From the IMG/VR virus record IMGVR_UViG_3300034061_000981, positions 43,620 through 107,619 of that record: DNA of 64,000 nucleotides, one strand, 5' to 3'. Made by a program: the position numbers and the translations under genes. The DNA is from a virus. The notes under the pieces are model-generated. The model was not told the DNA's origin. It ran no database searches and saw only the letters and a program-made list of their open reading frames with translations. This document shows positions 37,840-48,444 of this stretch, one piece after another; the first letter of the stretch is position 1, and each line of letters starts with the position of its first letter.

Positions 37840-38739
37840 ATGAAACAATACTTAGATTTATTACAAGATATTTTAGATAACGGAGAACTTAAAGATGATA
37901 GAACTGGTGTTGGCACCTATAGTGTTTTTGGCCGTAATCTTCGCTTTGATTTGCGCCGAGGTTTTCCCGCCATCACTACTAAAAAACTTGCATGGAAGGC
38001 TTGCGTCGGTGAGCTTCTATGGTTTATTGAAGGCAGTAGTGATGAGCGTAGACTGGCAGAGATTACTCACGGTACATCAGAAGGAACGGTTACTATCTGG
38101 ACACCAAATGCGCTTGCACCGTATTGGAAACCGAAAGCAAAGTTCGAAGGCGATCTCGGTCGTGTCTACGGAGTTCAATGGCGTCACTGGAACAAAGACA
38201 CGGTTGAAAAAGACATGGGTCCAGCGCACAAAGGTGGCACAAGGCTTGCAGTAGATAGAACCGAAGTAGACCAATTGGCAAATCTCATTAAAGGATTAAA
38301 TGAAGATCCTAATGGGCGCAGACACATATTAAGTGCCTGGAACGTGAGTGAGTTAGACCAAATGGCATTGCCCCCTTGTCACGTTATGAGTCAATTCTAT
38401 GTCAACAAAAATAAAGAACTATCTTGCCATATGTATCAGCGTAGTGTTGATGTGTTCTTGGGTCTACCTTTTAACATTGCTTCTTATGCACTACTTACAC
38501 ATTTATTGGCACATCACTGTGGTCTAAAAGTAGGTGAGTTGATTATCAGTACAGGCGACACTCATATATATAAAGACCATGTTGAACAAGTCAAAGAACA
38601 ATTAACACGTGAACCATATCCATTGCCTACATTGATGTTAAATACACAAAAGAATAACATCTTTGAAATGACAATACAAGATATACATTTAGAAAACTAT
38701 ATAAGTCATGGCCCAATCAAAGCAAACATGGCAGTCTGA
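37840..38739 (+). CDS. thyA: Thymidylate synthase
   Basis: DRTGVGT, ELLWF, YGVQWR, LPPCH, YQRSVDVFLGLPFN, HIY. Confidence 0.97.
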   Translation: MKQYLDLLQDILDNGELKDDRTGVGTYSVFGRNLRFDLRRGFPAITTKKLAWKACVGELLWFIEGSSDERRLAEITHGTSEGTVTIWTPNALAPYWKPKAKFEGDLGRVYGVQWRHWNKDTVEKDMGPAHKGGTRLAVDRTEVDQLANLIKGLNEDPNGRRHILSAWNVSELDQMALPPCHVMSQFYVNKNKELSCHMYQRSVDVFLGLPFNIASYALLTHLLAHHCGLKVGELIISTGDTHIYKDHVEQVKEQLTREPYPLPTLMLNTQKNNIFEMTIQDIHLENYISHGPIKANMAV

Positions 38740-39043
38740 TACTGCTACAATAAACAAACCCAAATATAAAATTGGTATGGATAAAGATGGTAATGAAGTT
38801 ATAACGACCAACTATCTAGTTCATACAATAAAGATGGGTGACGTTGAAGATCCTGATCTATTTGTAGCAGAACCAATATGGAAATGGCAACAAACAGAAG
38901 CCGGTCAATGGATAATGGAAAATGCAATAGATAGGCCTAGTTGGCATCGACACATAGATCATGCATCATATGGATATATCTACGCAATCAGAGCAGATTT
39001 GACACCAGAACAATTAACATATTATAAGTTGAAATTCGAATGA
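38708..39043 (+). CDS. Hypothetical protein
   Basis: MGDVEDPDL...; ends YYKLKFE. Confidence 0.7.
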   Translation: MAQSKQTWQSDTATINKPKYKIGMDKDGNEVITTNYLVHTIKMGDVEDPDLFVAEPIWKWQQTEAGQWIMENAIDRPSWHRHIDHASYGYIYAIRADLTPEQLTYYKLKFE

Positions 39044-40008
39044 AAATATTAGTAACAGGTGGTCTCGGCCTTATCGGACATCATGTAGTTAATAAATTAG
39101 AATCATTGGGGCACGATGTTGTCATTACTGACACTCGCACTACCTATGGAATTATCCCACAAGATGAAATTGATTACCTAATGACTGAACGTCTTAAGAA
39201 GATTAAGACAGAACAAATATACAATATTGATATAAGCAATGGCGATAGTATTGATTGGTTGATACAAAAGCATCAGCCTGCAATTATTATTCACATGGCT
39301 AGCTTCCCTCGTCAGAAAGTTGTTAACGCTAATCCAGCAATGGGTGCAAGAACAATGATGGAAGGATTAATGAATCTATGTGAATCAGCAAAGAGTCACA
39401 AAGTATCTAAGTTCTTGTATATTAGTAGTTCAATGGTATATGGTGACTTTACTGACGATGTAGTTGAAGATTATAACTGTAAACCACAAGGTCAGTATGG
39501 TATTATGAAATTATCAGGTGAGCATATTGTTAAAGACTACAGCCGTCGCAATTGTTTCAGTCATACTATCATTCGTCCAAGTGCAGTATACGGTCCATTA
39601 GATGTTGAGGATCGTGTTATTGCTAAGTTTATGTTAACTGCTATGCGTGATGGCACTCTTAAAGTTAATGGTGCAAGTGAGACACTAGACTTTACATATG
39701 TAGAAGATGCGGCAGATGGTATTGTTGCAGCCGCACTAAGTAATAATACTAATAATAAAACATACAATATTACAAAGAGCCATAGTCGTAGTTTGTTAGA
39801 TGCCGCAAACTTAGCAGTTAAGATTGCTGGCAAAGGCTCTATTGAAGTTAAAGACAAAGACGCAGACTTCCCAAGTCGAGGCGCATTAAACATTGATGCG
39901 GCACGTAGAGACTTTGGATATGATCCTAGGGTAGATGTAGAAGAAGGCTTTCAAAAGTATTATGAGTGGCTTAGTAGTTCCCCATTTTGGTCTAGCAAGA
40001 CAGTATAA
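39040..40008 (+). CDS. NAD-dependent nucleotide-sugar epimerase/dehydratase
   Basis: TGGLGLIG, SSSMVYG, YGIMK, DFTYVED. Confidence 0.9.
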   Translation: MKILVTGGLGLIGHHVVNKLESLGHDVVITDTRTTYGIIPQDEIDYLMTERLKKIKTEQIYNIDISNGDSIDWLIQKHQPAIIIHMASFPRQKVVNANPAMGARTMMEGLMNLCESAKSHKVSKFLYISSSMVYGDFTDDVVEDYNCKPQGQYGIMKLSGEHIVKDYSRRNCFSHTIIRPSAVYGPLDVEDRVIAKFMLTAMRDGTLKVNGASETLDFTYVEDAADGIVAAALSNNTNNKTYNITKSHSRSLLDAANLAVKIAGKGSIEVKDKDADFPSRGALNIDAARRDFGYDPRVDVEEGFQKYYEWLSSSPFWSSKTV

Positions 40009-41047
40009 GAACATCGGTGAAGAGTTGCTTGATGCAACTCACCGTGCCCTTAAAGACGGACAACTTGTGGGTGGACATTATACCCGCTCGTTTGAAGAAT
40101 GGTTGAAGCATCGTACTAAAACAAAGTATGCTGTTACTGTTCATAGTGGTACACAAGCATTAGAAATTATTGCACGATGGAAAAAGATTAAACATATTGA
40201 ATCTGGATTACAAGGTAACCCAATCATACATATACCTAATCTAACGTACCCTGCAACATTAAATAGTTTTCTATCTGCGGGTTGGGATGTTAACCTAGTT
40301 GATACAGACAAAAATGGTATCTTTGATTTTGATACAAAAATCGATGAGTCTTCCGGCACGTATGATTGTTTAATGGGCTTTGCTGGTCGCAAACCCTGGC
40401 CAAGTGCTAGTTATTCAAATGCATTTGGAGTGATAGTTGATGGTGCACAACATTGGTTAGTATCTGATGGTGATGTTGGGTCTGGCATGTCAATCAGTTT
40501 TGACCCTACAAAGAATTTACCTAGCTCAGGTAACGGTGGTGCAATTGTAACCAACAATGAACAACTATATCTATATGCAGTAAAATATAAAGATAACAAC
40601 AAACCCTATTTCCATGATGTTGGGACTAACACAAAGATGAGTGAGCAGGATTGTGCCCAAATATTAGTCAGAGCAAAGTACATTGATGAATGGCAAAAGC
40701 GCAGAAGTGAGATAGCAAAGTATTGGTGTGACAAGTTTAGAGAATTACCGTTAACTTGTTTAAGTGATACCAAAGATCCTCATGCACATCAAAAATTTGT
40801 AATGTATTTACCTGATCGTAACTCGCTACATACTCATTTATTAACGAATGGTATTGATAGTAAAGTACATTATGAATATGTTATCGGTGACTTACCTACA
40901 GCAAAAAGTTTATCAAAGCCAGATATGCTAAGTACAAGTGTGATGTTAAGTCGCGGTGTGATTAGTTTACCTATGTATCCTGAACTTACGGATGTTGAAG
41001 TAAACTATATTTCTGAAAAAGTAAAGTTATTTTTTGATAACATTTAG
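39962..41047 (+). CDS. DegT/DnrJ/EryC1/StrS aminotransferase
   Basis: SGTQAL, DGAQ, SFDPTKNL..GNGG, SLPMYP. Confidence 0.9.
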   Translation: MSGLVVPHFGLARQYKNIGEELLDATHRALKDGQLVGGHYTRSFEEWLKHRTKTKYAVTVHSGTQALEIIARWKKIKHIESGLQGNPIIHIPNLTYPATLNSFLSAGWDVNLVDTDKNGIFDFDTKIDESSGTYDCLMGFAGRKPWPSASYSNAFGVIVDGAQHWLVSDGDVGSGMSISFDPTKNLPSSGNGGAIVTNNEQLYLYAVKYKDNNKPYFHDVGTNTKMSEQDCAQILVRAKYIDEWQKRRSEIAKYWCDKFRELPLTCLSDTKDPHAHQKFVMYLPDRNSLHTHLLTNGIDSKVHYEYVIGDLPTAKSLSKPDMLSTSVMLSRGVISLPMYPELTDVEVNYISEKVKLFFDNI

Positions 41048-42007
41048 AAATGGCGATGATTTAGTTTCAAAAAATTCACCACCACATACGCATATTCTTT
41101 TAGTACAAGTCACTGGAGTAGTAATTGGATTAAAATCATCATAAATTGATGACACATTGCCTCCTACTCCACATCTACCCCGTTGTATTTTATCAACAAG
41201 AATGACTAAACGTTCTATTCCAATATCACATTTCCATCCTAGAAATTTATTTTGACCTCTAACAAGAATTTCTTGCGGGTCATACAATTTTTCAACTGAA
41301 CCATCATCATAAAATAAATTTCCATAATGCTCAAAATTATTAATTTTAGATTTTTTCTTTTTTGTACTTGATAATTTTCCATCTTTTATTCTTGATTGTT
41401 GTAATATCTCGGTTTGGTCATCATCATAATTATTAAGAATAGGTCCGTGTATCTTTTTTAGATGACATGGGATGCCCACTTTTTCTGCAACATAGTTGAA
41501 TTTTTTTAAATTATCTTCAAAATCTATGTCTGTGCATGTAAAAAATATTAATCCATCTATCTCGGTGTCATGGATAGTATTCACTATTTCTACAAACTTA
41601 TCAACATCTTTAACTTGAGAATTATGGAATGTAAAATAAATGTTATCTATAACTGGAACTTTAAGAAATTCGTCCCACCAACGCAGTGTTCTACTACCAT
41701 TTGTGAACATTGAAATGTAATGGTTTTCATTTTTTTGTTTTATGTAGGCAAATAACTCATGTAAATGAGGATACAACGTAGGTTCTCCTCCAGTAAAATT
41801 AAATAGAATTTTCTCACCGGCATATAATTCACATAATTTATCCACTACATTTTTGTTAATCTGAATGTCAATAAATGGTGAAGAACCATCTTTTTCTGCA
41901 GGATAACAATAGTCGCAATTGTAATTACAAACATTACTTAATTTCCAAGCAATTCTTTTAAAAGGTTCTGGTTTGACTTCTTCAATTTTTATCAGTATTT
42001 TAGACAT
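41027..42007 (-). CDS. Radical SAM protein
   Basis: CNYNCDYC, TGGEPTL, TNGS; Cys-rich C-terminus. Confidence 0.88.
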   Translation of the reverse strand: MSKILIKIEEVKPEPFKRIAWKLSNVCNYNCDYCYPAEKDGSSPFIDIQINKNVVDKLCELYAGEKILFNFTGGEPTLYPHLHELFAYIKQKNENHYISMFTNGSRTLRWWDEFLKVPVIDNIYFTFHNSQVKDVDKFVEIVNTIHDTEIDGLIFFTCTDIDFEDNLKKFNYVAEKVGIPCHLKKIHGPILNNYDDDQTEILQQSRIKDGKLSSTKKKKSKINNFEHYGNLFYDDGSVEKLYDPQEILVRGQNKFLGWKCDIGIERLVILVDKIQRGRCGVGGNVSSIYDDFNPITTPVTCTKRICVCGGEFFETKSSPFLNVIKK

Positions 42008-42047
42008 AAAGTATTTAGTTTAACAACTCAGAATGATAAATAACGTT

Positions 42048-42551
42048 ATGTGGATACTATCAATACTACCAGAAGCCGCAATACATATAATCTTTGGATT
42101 AGGTATTTTGGGCACAATAGCAGGATTCGTCCTAGGATTCATTCCCTTCATCAAAACATATAAACTAGCAATACAAATTATCAGTATTCTTGTCTTAGTC
42201 TTAGGTGTTTATCTTGAGGGCGGTTTAGCCGACTACAAAGAGTGGGAACTCAGAGTCAAAGAAATGGAAGCTAAAGTCGCACAAGCTGAAGCACAATCTG
42301 CTAATAAAAATGTAGAGATACAGGAAAAAGTTGTAGAAAACACTAAAGTGATCCGTGAAAGGGGTCGTGATATTATCAAGTATGTTGATAGATGGAATAC
42401 AAAAGAAATAGTTAAAGAAGTAGAAGGACCTGAAAGAATTAGGAGAGAAGAAGTAATCAAGTATATTGAAAACTGCCCTGTACCTAAAGAAATGATAAAC
42501 ATACATAATCAGGCAGCAGAATTAAATAAGGCAGCGGAGACAAAGAAATGA
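42048..42551 (+). CDS. Membrane protein with coiled coil, i-spanin (Rz)-like
   Basis: N-terminal TM segments, coiled coil, C-terminal CPVP; followed by a lipoprotein. Confidence 0.5.
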   Translation: MWILSILPEAAIHIIFGLGILGTIAGFVLGFIPFIKTYKLAIQIISILVLVLGVYLEGGLADYKEWELRVKEMEAKVAQAEAQSANKNVEIQEKVVENTKVIRERGRDIIKYVDRWNTKEIVKEVEGPERIRREEVIKYIENCPVPKEMINIHNQAAELNKAAETKK

Positions 42552-42811
42552 GATATCTCTTAATTGCTCTATTATTAGCTGGATGCTCCACTACAGTTCC
42601 TGTTACTCAAAAGTTTCCTAATGCTACTCCTGAACTAATGAAGAAGTGTGAAGACCTCAAAAAGATTGAGGGTGACAAGGTAGCTATTACTGAAATGATG
42701 AAAGTCGTTGTTCACAACTATTCATTGTATTGGGAATGTAGTGCTAAAGTAGATGGATGGCAAGATTGGTATAACGCACAAAAGAAGATTTATGATGGTA
42801 TCGCAAAATAA
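42548..42811 (+). CDS. Lipoprotein, o-spanin (Rz1)-like
   Basis: Lipobox LLAGC; FP..PELMKKC..L; later Cys. Confidence 0.6.
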   Translation: MRYLLIALLLAGCSTTVPVTQKFPNATPELMKKCEDLKKIEGDKVAITEMMKVVVHNYSLYWECSAKVDGWQDWYNAQKKIYDGIAK

Positions 42812-43067
42812 TAGTATATTATTAGCACTATGCTTATTGTTGACGGGATGTGCTAGCACAGACCATTATAGCACTTATGTAGAAGCGCAAAAGTCACTAA
42901 GTAGAGATGCTACAGTAGCAGAAGCCGCACGTATTGCAGCCTTAACCGAAATGGTTAAGAGTTCAGACAATGAAGTAAAGATACAGGCTATCAGAGCATT
43001 ACAAGAAATCCAACGCAGTAAGCGTCAAGTTATCATACAGCAACCCAAAGGTCTGTTTGGTAACTGA
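42792..43067 (+). CDS. Putative lipoprotein
   Basis: Lipobox LLTGC. Confidence 0.6.
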   Translation: MMVSQNNSILLALCLLLTGCASTDHYSTYVEAQKSLSRDATVAEAARIAALTEMVKSSDNEVKIQAIRALQEIQRSKRQVIIQQPKGLFGN

Positions 43068-43095
43068 TAAATACTATATAGGCTAGGATTTACAA

Positions 43096-43629
43096 ATGAC
43101 ACAAGAAATTATCAATATTGGCGCGGCGCCTAATGATGGCGAAGGTGATCCGTTACGAACGGCTTTCCAGAAGATTAATAATAACTTTACGCAATTATAT
43201 AGCACTGGTGTATTTACATATGATGCATACTCATTTGGGGATACTGCTGGTCAAGTCATATTTGAAACTCCTGCTAACTTATTTACACAAGGTAATTTTC
43301 AAATTAATTCAAATAATCCAGACACCGATGATAGTCAAAACATTACATTAACTGTTAGTATTTCTAATGATATTACTGATGTTAAATGGTCAGGACATAG
43401 TACGTTATTTTTCAATGGCCCAGTTACTAGATATAATGTAGATTTAGTAAGTGGAAACGTTCGTATATTAGTAAATCCTTTAGTAGATGAGACTCTATAT
43501 CATTTTATTTCCGCACAAATTTCGTTCAACAATAATGTTCCTGGTATGGAACTTGCACTTGAGGGATTATCAGATGATATATTAGGTACAGAAAATCTAA
43601 TTCCTATAACAACAGAACAATCGGCATGA
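43096..43629 (+). CDS. Virion structural protein with a T4 gp9/gp10-like N-terminus
   Basis: INIGAAPNDGEGDPLRTAFQKINNNF. Confidence 0.7.
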   Translation: MTQEIINIGAAPNDGEGDPLRTAFQKINNNFTQLYSTGVFTYDAYSFGDTAGQVIFETPANLFTQGNFQINSNNPDTDDSQNITLTVSISNDITDVKWSGHSTLFFNGPVTRYNVDLVSGNVRILVNPLVDETLYHFISAQISFNNNVPGMELALEGLSDDILGTENLIPITTEQSA

Positions 43630-44030
43630 GAGCAAAAGAATTTATTATTGAAACTTCATTGAGTAAAGTTCATGATGGTTTGGAAGTAGCATCTGTGTCT
43701 CTTCCGAACACATATGTTATTCCAGATTTAAAAAACAATGACTTCTATGAGTTATATCGTTTCGGTGTAGCAATTGCCGCAGTAAGAGGTGAAAGCGGAA
43801 ATGATGATGTTCAAAATAATTATAAACCCGAGTTTAGAGCAGAAACTAGTTGGGGAGAACAACAAGTAGTTTCTTCAGAGTTTGATAGAGACATTGGTAA
43901 AACTATTGACCAAGCATTAAAGAAGGTTGGAAAATCCGGCAAGAAATCAGTAAGTGCATTCGGAAGTAATGAGATGGATGATACATTAACTCAGTCACCG
44001 ATTAAAGGATTCAAAGGATATAAAAGATGA
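43626..44030 (+). CDS. Putative internal head protein (MRAKEFIIE paralog)
   Basis: N- and C-termini shared with 44027-44404. Confidence 0.55.
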   Translation: MRAKEFIIETSLSKVHDGLEVASVSLPNTYVIPDLKNNDFYELYRFGVAIAAVRGESGNDDVQNNYKPEFRAETSWGEQQVVSSEFDRDIGKTIDQALKKVGKSGKKSVSAFGSNEMDDTLTQSPIKGFKGYKR

Positions 44031-44404
44031 GAGCAAATGAATTTATATCCGAATCTAAGATGGGTAAAATATCCGACCACCAACAACAATCAACTCGTGG
44101 CTTAAATATTTTTTCAAAAAAGATAGACAGCTATGATAGACAATATGATTTAAATCGTTTAATGATGGCTGTCGCAAGTAGTGATGGAATAAACCCAATC
44201 GAAATGCCTGCAGAAAGTTGGATAGGCAAACACAACTCTGCACATCCTTATACCAAAGAAGAACAAGATATGCTTAAATTAGCATATAAAGCAGCCGGCT
44301 TAGAGTATATAGATTTAAATAGTGGTGATTTAGATAGTGAAGAACTAGAAAACACTAATACTCAAAGTATCGTAAAGCCTTTTAAAGGTTACAAAAGAAA
44401 ATAA
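44027..44404 (+). CDS. Putative internal head protein (MRANEFISE paralog)
   Basis: N- and C-termini shared with 43626-44030. Confidence 0.55.
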   Translation: MRANEFISESKMGKISDHQQQSTRGLNIFSKKIDSYDRQYDLNRLMMAVASSDGINPIEMPAESWIGKHNSAHPYTKEEQDMLKLAYKAAGLEYIDLNSGDLDSEELENTNTQSIVKPFKGYKRK

Positions 44405-44456
44405 TTTAATACATATCAATCTGAATAAGTAATTATATCAAATTACAGGATTCAGA

Positions 44457-45149
44457 ATGATTGATATTAATAACACGCTTGACCTAGTCAAATTAAAATT
44501 CTACAACGAATGGTTATATACTGCCCACATCTATGATGAGGGTAATAGTCCAATGCACGACACACTTACTAAACAAGTTGTTACGCAATATATTGACCCG
44601 CTTAATCTACCAAAAGATGCTAAGATTATGGATTTAGGTTGTGGCCCCGGTTACTTCTTAAACGCAATGAGAGAACGTGGTTATACTGACTTAGTTGGTG
44701 TTACATTAAGCCCCGGTGATATTAAGATTTGTGAAGATAATGGTCACAAAATTGCAAAGTATGACTTGAGCTTCTTGCCACAAAAAGATGGTTACTACGA
44801 TGAAAGTGTTGACTTTATTTTCTTGCGTCATGCATTAGAACATAGTCCATATCCTATCTTTAGCTTGATGGAATACAATCGTGTATTGAAGCAAGGTAGC
44901 AAGATGTATATTGAAGTACCTGCACCCGACTGTGAACGTAAACATGAGTGGAATGTTAATCACTATAGCATATTAGGTGAGCAACAATTAGCCGCATTAT
45001 TAGTGCGTACAGGCTTTGATATCGTTAAGTTTGAAAAACTAGATTTTGATATTGGTGGGAAAGATCCAGCAACCGGAGCAGAATTCACTGCCAAAGAGAA
45101 GTTTTACTGCGTTCTAGTTACTAAACAAAGACCTTTGGATATCAAATAA
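44457..45149 (+). CDS. Class I SAM-dependent methyltransferase
   Basis: MDLGCGPG, RHALEHS, RVLK.G...YIEVP. Confidence 0.85.
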   Translation: MIDINNTLDLVKLKFYNEWLYTAHIYDEGNSPMHDTLTKQVVTQYIDPLNLPKDAKIMDLGCGPGYFLNAMRERGYTDLVGVTLSPGDIKICEDNGHKIAKYDLSFLPQKDGYYDESVDFIFLRHALEHSPYPIFSLMEYNRVLKQGSKMYIEVPAPDCERKHEWNVNHYSILGEQQLAALLVRTGFDIVKFEKLDFDIGGKDPATGAEFTAKEKFYCVLVTKQRPLDIK

Positions 45150-45194
45150 GTTTTGTAATCTAAGATAAATATTCTCATTAATGAGAGTATTTTT

Positions 45195-46850
45195 ATGGCT
45201 ACACCAGATCCAGCAAACGTTGCACCGTGGTATTTACGCAACATCAATCAAGCGTTAGAACTCAACGAGGACACGGGGCAAGTATTTGTCCGTACTGGAT
45301 TTGAAGGTAACATTATTATTAGTGGTAATGTTGTTATTCCAGGCAATGTTGATGCACACGTTTCACAAATAGGAACTAGTGGGGAACTAACAGTTCCTTG
45401 GATGCCTGTCAGTATCGACGGCAATAGTGCTGTCACAATTACTAGCGGTAACATTACAGTTGCTCAGGGTACAAGTCCATGGGTAGTATCAGGTAATGTA
45501 AACGCTAATGTATCTGGTAACGTGGGTGTTACAGGTAATGTTAACATCGGTACGATGCCAGCAATCACCGGCAATGTCAACGCTAACATCACAGGTGGCA
45601 ATGTAACAGTAACTCAGGGCACAAATCCTTGGGTCGTATCAGGTAATGTCAACACTACAATAACAGGTGGCAACTCAAATGTAGCACTTGGTGGAACAAA
45701 TTTAGATGCATTCGGGCGTTTAAGAGTAAGTGAACCCTACACATTGTTTGACAGCCAAAATCGTTATATTGACGGTGACCAATTTAGTAGTATCACTGCT
45801 ACGGGTGGCAATGTAGTTTATGTTCAAAACGAAAGTTCATTTAATTTAAATGTTTCTTCCGCTAGTGGTAGTAGTGTAATTAGACAATCTAAGACTGTCC
45901 AAGCATATCAGCCCGGCAAAAGTTTATTAACAATGAACACATTTGCAATGGCTACTCTTAAAGCAAACCTAAGACAACGAGTTGGTTATTTTACAACTGA
46001 TAATGGTGTGTATTTTGAAGCTGTAGGTACTACACTTAATCTTGTTATTCGTAGTAGCACAACTGGAGTAGTAGTTGAAGAACGAATACCTCAAGCTAAT
46101 TGGAATGGAAATACCTTATTATCAGGTATTGTGTTAGATCCAACATTGACACAAATATTTTGGTGTGACATTGAATGGTTGGGTGTAGGTAACGTTCGTG
46201 CAGGTTTTGTAATCAACGGTCAATTCATCGTATGTCATACATTCCAACACGCTAATCAGCCTGGCAACACAACTGTTTATATGACCACTGCGTCATTAAA
46301 CCCAAGATATGAAATAACAAATACTGGCGCAACAACTGGTAATAGCACAATGAAACAAATATGTAGCACTGTTATTAGTGAAGGAGGATTTACGCCAAGC
46401 ACTAAAATAGGATATGTTACTAACAATACATCTCCTACAAGAGTAGGTTCAGCAAATACAGTAATCTCATTATGTTCAATAAGATTAAATCCTGCATATC
46501 CGGACGCGGTTGTGGTTCCTGCTCAAATTGATTTGTTATTACTTGATGTTCGTTATGGTCAGTTTCAGTTAATTGAAAACGCAACTATTGCAAATGCCTC
46601 ATTTAGTAATGTGGCAGGAACAGTAGTTCAAAGTGCCATACATACTGATACTATAACAAATGGTACAGTTGTTTATGCAGGATTAACTAGTAGCCGTGAT
46701 GAAGTAGAAATTAGTGAAGATATTAAGAAACGAATTCAATTATGGAGATATGCTAATGGTACACCCAGCACACTAACACTTGCCGTAGCGTACACATCTA
46801 CCAATGCAGATTTGTTGTGGAAAATGGGCTGGGAAGAACTTACTAACTAA
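45195..46850 (+). CDS. Putative virion structural/fibre protein with G-N-V repeats
   Basis: Two copies of TV.QGT.PWVVSGNV; DAFGRLRVS; ATAAATA motif at 45165. Confidence 0.6.
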   Translation: MATPDPANVAPWYLRNINQALELNEDTGQVFVRTGFEGNIIISGNVVIPGNVDAHVSQIGTSGELTVPWMPVSIDGNSAVTITSGNITVAQGTSPWVVSGNVNANVSGNVGVTGNVNIGTMPAITGNVNANITGGNVTVTQGTNPWVVSGNVNTTITGGNSNVALGGTNLDAFGRLRVSEPYTLFDSQNRYIDGDQFSSITATGGNVVYVQNESSFNLNVSSASGSSVIRQSKTVQAYQPGKSLLTMNTFAMATLKANLRQRVGYFTTDNGVYFEAVGTTLNLVIRSSTTGVVVEERIPQANWNGNTLLSGIVLDPTLTQIFWCDIEWLGVGNVRAGFVINGQFIVCHTFQHANQPGNTTVYMTTASLNPRYEITNTGATTGNSTMKQICSTVISEGGFTPSTKIGYVTNNTSPTRVGSANTVISLCSIRLNPAYPDAVVVPAQIDLLLLDVRYGQFQLIENATIANASFSNVAGTVVQSAIHTDTITNGTVVYAGLTSSRDEVEISEDIKKRIQLWRYANGTPSTLTLAVAYTSTNADLLWKMGWEELTN

Positions 46851-46874
46851 GTTTTTGGCACATAAATACTCACT

Positions 46875-48422
46875 ATGAGTAATGCACCTTCGTTAGTAAA
46901 GAATCCTTATACTAAAACAGTTTTCAAGACTGACAAAGAACTACAGGATTTTATCAAATGCTGTGATCCAGATACGGGTTATCTATACTTCATGGATAAC
47001 TTCTTTTACATACAACACCCTACTAAAGGTAGTATGGTATATCACCCTTGGCCCTATCAAGAACGATTGATTGATACATATCATCGATATCGCTATTCAA
47101 TCAGTCTGATGCCACGACAATCAGGTAAGTCTACTTCAGCCGCAGGATACTTACTCTGGTACGCAATGTTTGTTCCAGACAGTACTATCTTAGTTGCGGC
47201 ACACAAGTATACAGGTGCACAAGAGATTATGCAACGTATACGTTACGCATATGAAAACTGCCCTGATCATATCAAAGCAGGTGTCACTACATACAACAAA
47301 GGCTCATTAGACTTTGAGAATGGTAGTCGTATTGTATCAGCAACAACTACTGAAAATACAGGTCGTGGTATGTCTATTACACTATTATATCTGGACGAGT
47401 TTGCGTTCGTTCGACCAAGTATTGCTAAAGAATTCTGGACAGCGATTACACCAACATTATCAACTGGTGGTAAAGCGATTATAACAAGCACACCAAACAG
47501 TGACGAGGATCAATTTGCGTTCATATGGAAAGGTGCTAACAAAACTGAAGATGATTTTGGTAACACAACTGAATTAGGTATAAACGGCTTTAGAGCATAC
47601 AGAGCACATTGGAGTGAACAACCAGGTAGAGATCAAAAGTGGGCGGATGAAATGAAAGCACAATTAGGTGAGGATCGTTTCAACCGAGAGATTGGTTGTG
47701 AATTCATTATTGCTGACGAAACGCTTATCAACCCTAATACATTATTGATGATGGAAGGTATAGAACCTATCAATCGTATGGGACAAGTTCGTTGGTATCA
47801 GAAACCTAAGAAGGGTAATATCTATTGTGTGGGACTAGACCCAAGTCTTGGTACAGGTGGTGACCCAGCTGCCATACAGATTTTTGAAGCAAATACAACG
47901 ACACAGATCGGCGAATGGAAACACAATAAAACTGACATCCCTAATCAGATTAAACTATTAGCACAGATTAACAAATATATAACAGAATGTACAGGTGAAC
48001 CCAACAGTATCTATTATAGTATTGAATGTAATGGTATCGGTGAAGCCGCTATTGTATCATTAAACGAATACGGGGAAAGTAATATTCCGGGTATCTTTAT
48101 CAGCGAAGCAGGAAAAGGTCGTAGAGGATTCAATACGACAAATAAGAGCAAACTAGCCAGTTGTGCTAAGTTCAAAACATTAGTTGAAAGTAAGAAAATG
48201 ACTGTAAATAGTCGTAGTCTTATAACTGAACTAAAAGCATTTGTAGCTCATGGTGGTAGTTATGCCGCTAAAATTGGTGATACGGATGACTTGATAATGG
48301 CTAGTTTGTTAGTAACACGCATGTTACAGCAATTAGGGGACTATCACTTTGATTTAGAGAATCAAATACGTGACCACGATGAAATGATAGCGCCCTTGCC
48401 ATTTTTTGCCGTGATAAGTTAA
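46875..48422 (+). CDS. Terminase large subunit (gp17-like)
   Basis: PRQSGKST, YLDEFAF, TSTPN, GLDPSLG, DDLIMA. Confidence 0.95.
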   Translation: MSNAPSLVKNPYTKTVFKTDKELQDFIKCCDPDTGYLYFMDNFFYIQHPTKGSMVYHPWPYQERLIDTYHRYRYSISLMPRQSGKSTSAAGYLLWYAMFVPDSTILVAAHKYTGAQEIMQRIRYAYENCPDHIKAGVTTYNKGSLDFENGSRIVSATTTENTGRGMSITLLYLDEFAFVRPSIAKEFWTAITPTLSTGGKAIITSTPNSDEDQFAFIWKGANKTEDDFGNTTELGINGFRAYRAHWSEQPGRDQKWADEMKAQLGEDRFNREIGCEFIIADETLINPNTLLMMEGIEPINRMGQVRWYQKPKKGNIYCVGLDPSLGTGGDPAAIQIFEANTTTQIGEWKHNKTDIPNQIKLLAQINKYITECTGEPNSIYYSIECNGIGEAAIVSLNEYGESNIPGIFISEAGKGRRGFNTTNKSKLASCAKFKTLVESKKMTVNSRSLITELKAFVAHGGSYAAKIGDTDDLIMASLLVTRMLQQLGDYHFDLENQIRDHDEMIAPLPFFAVIS

Positions 48423-48444
48423 TAGTTGAGATAAATATATTATC

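Noticed and set aside
37840-38739. thyA as a dCMP hydroxymethylase feeding DNA glycosylation
   Set aside because: It keeps the dUMP-specifying Asn (GLPFN) and all canonical ThyA motifs
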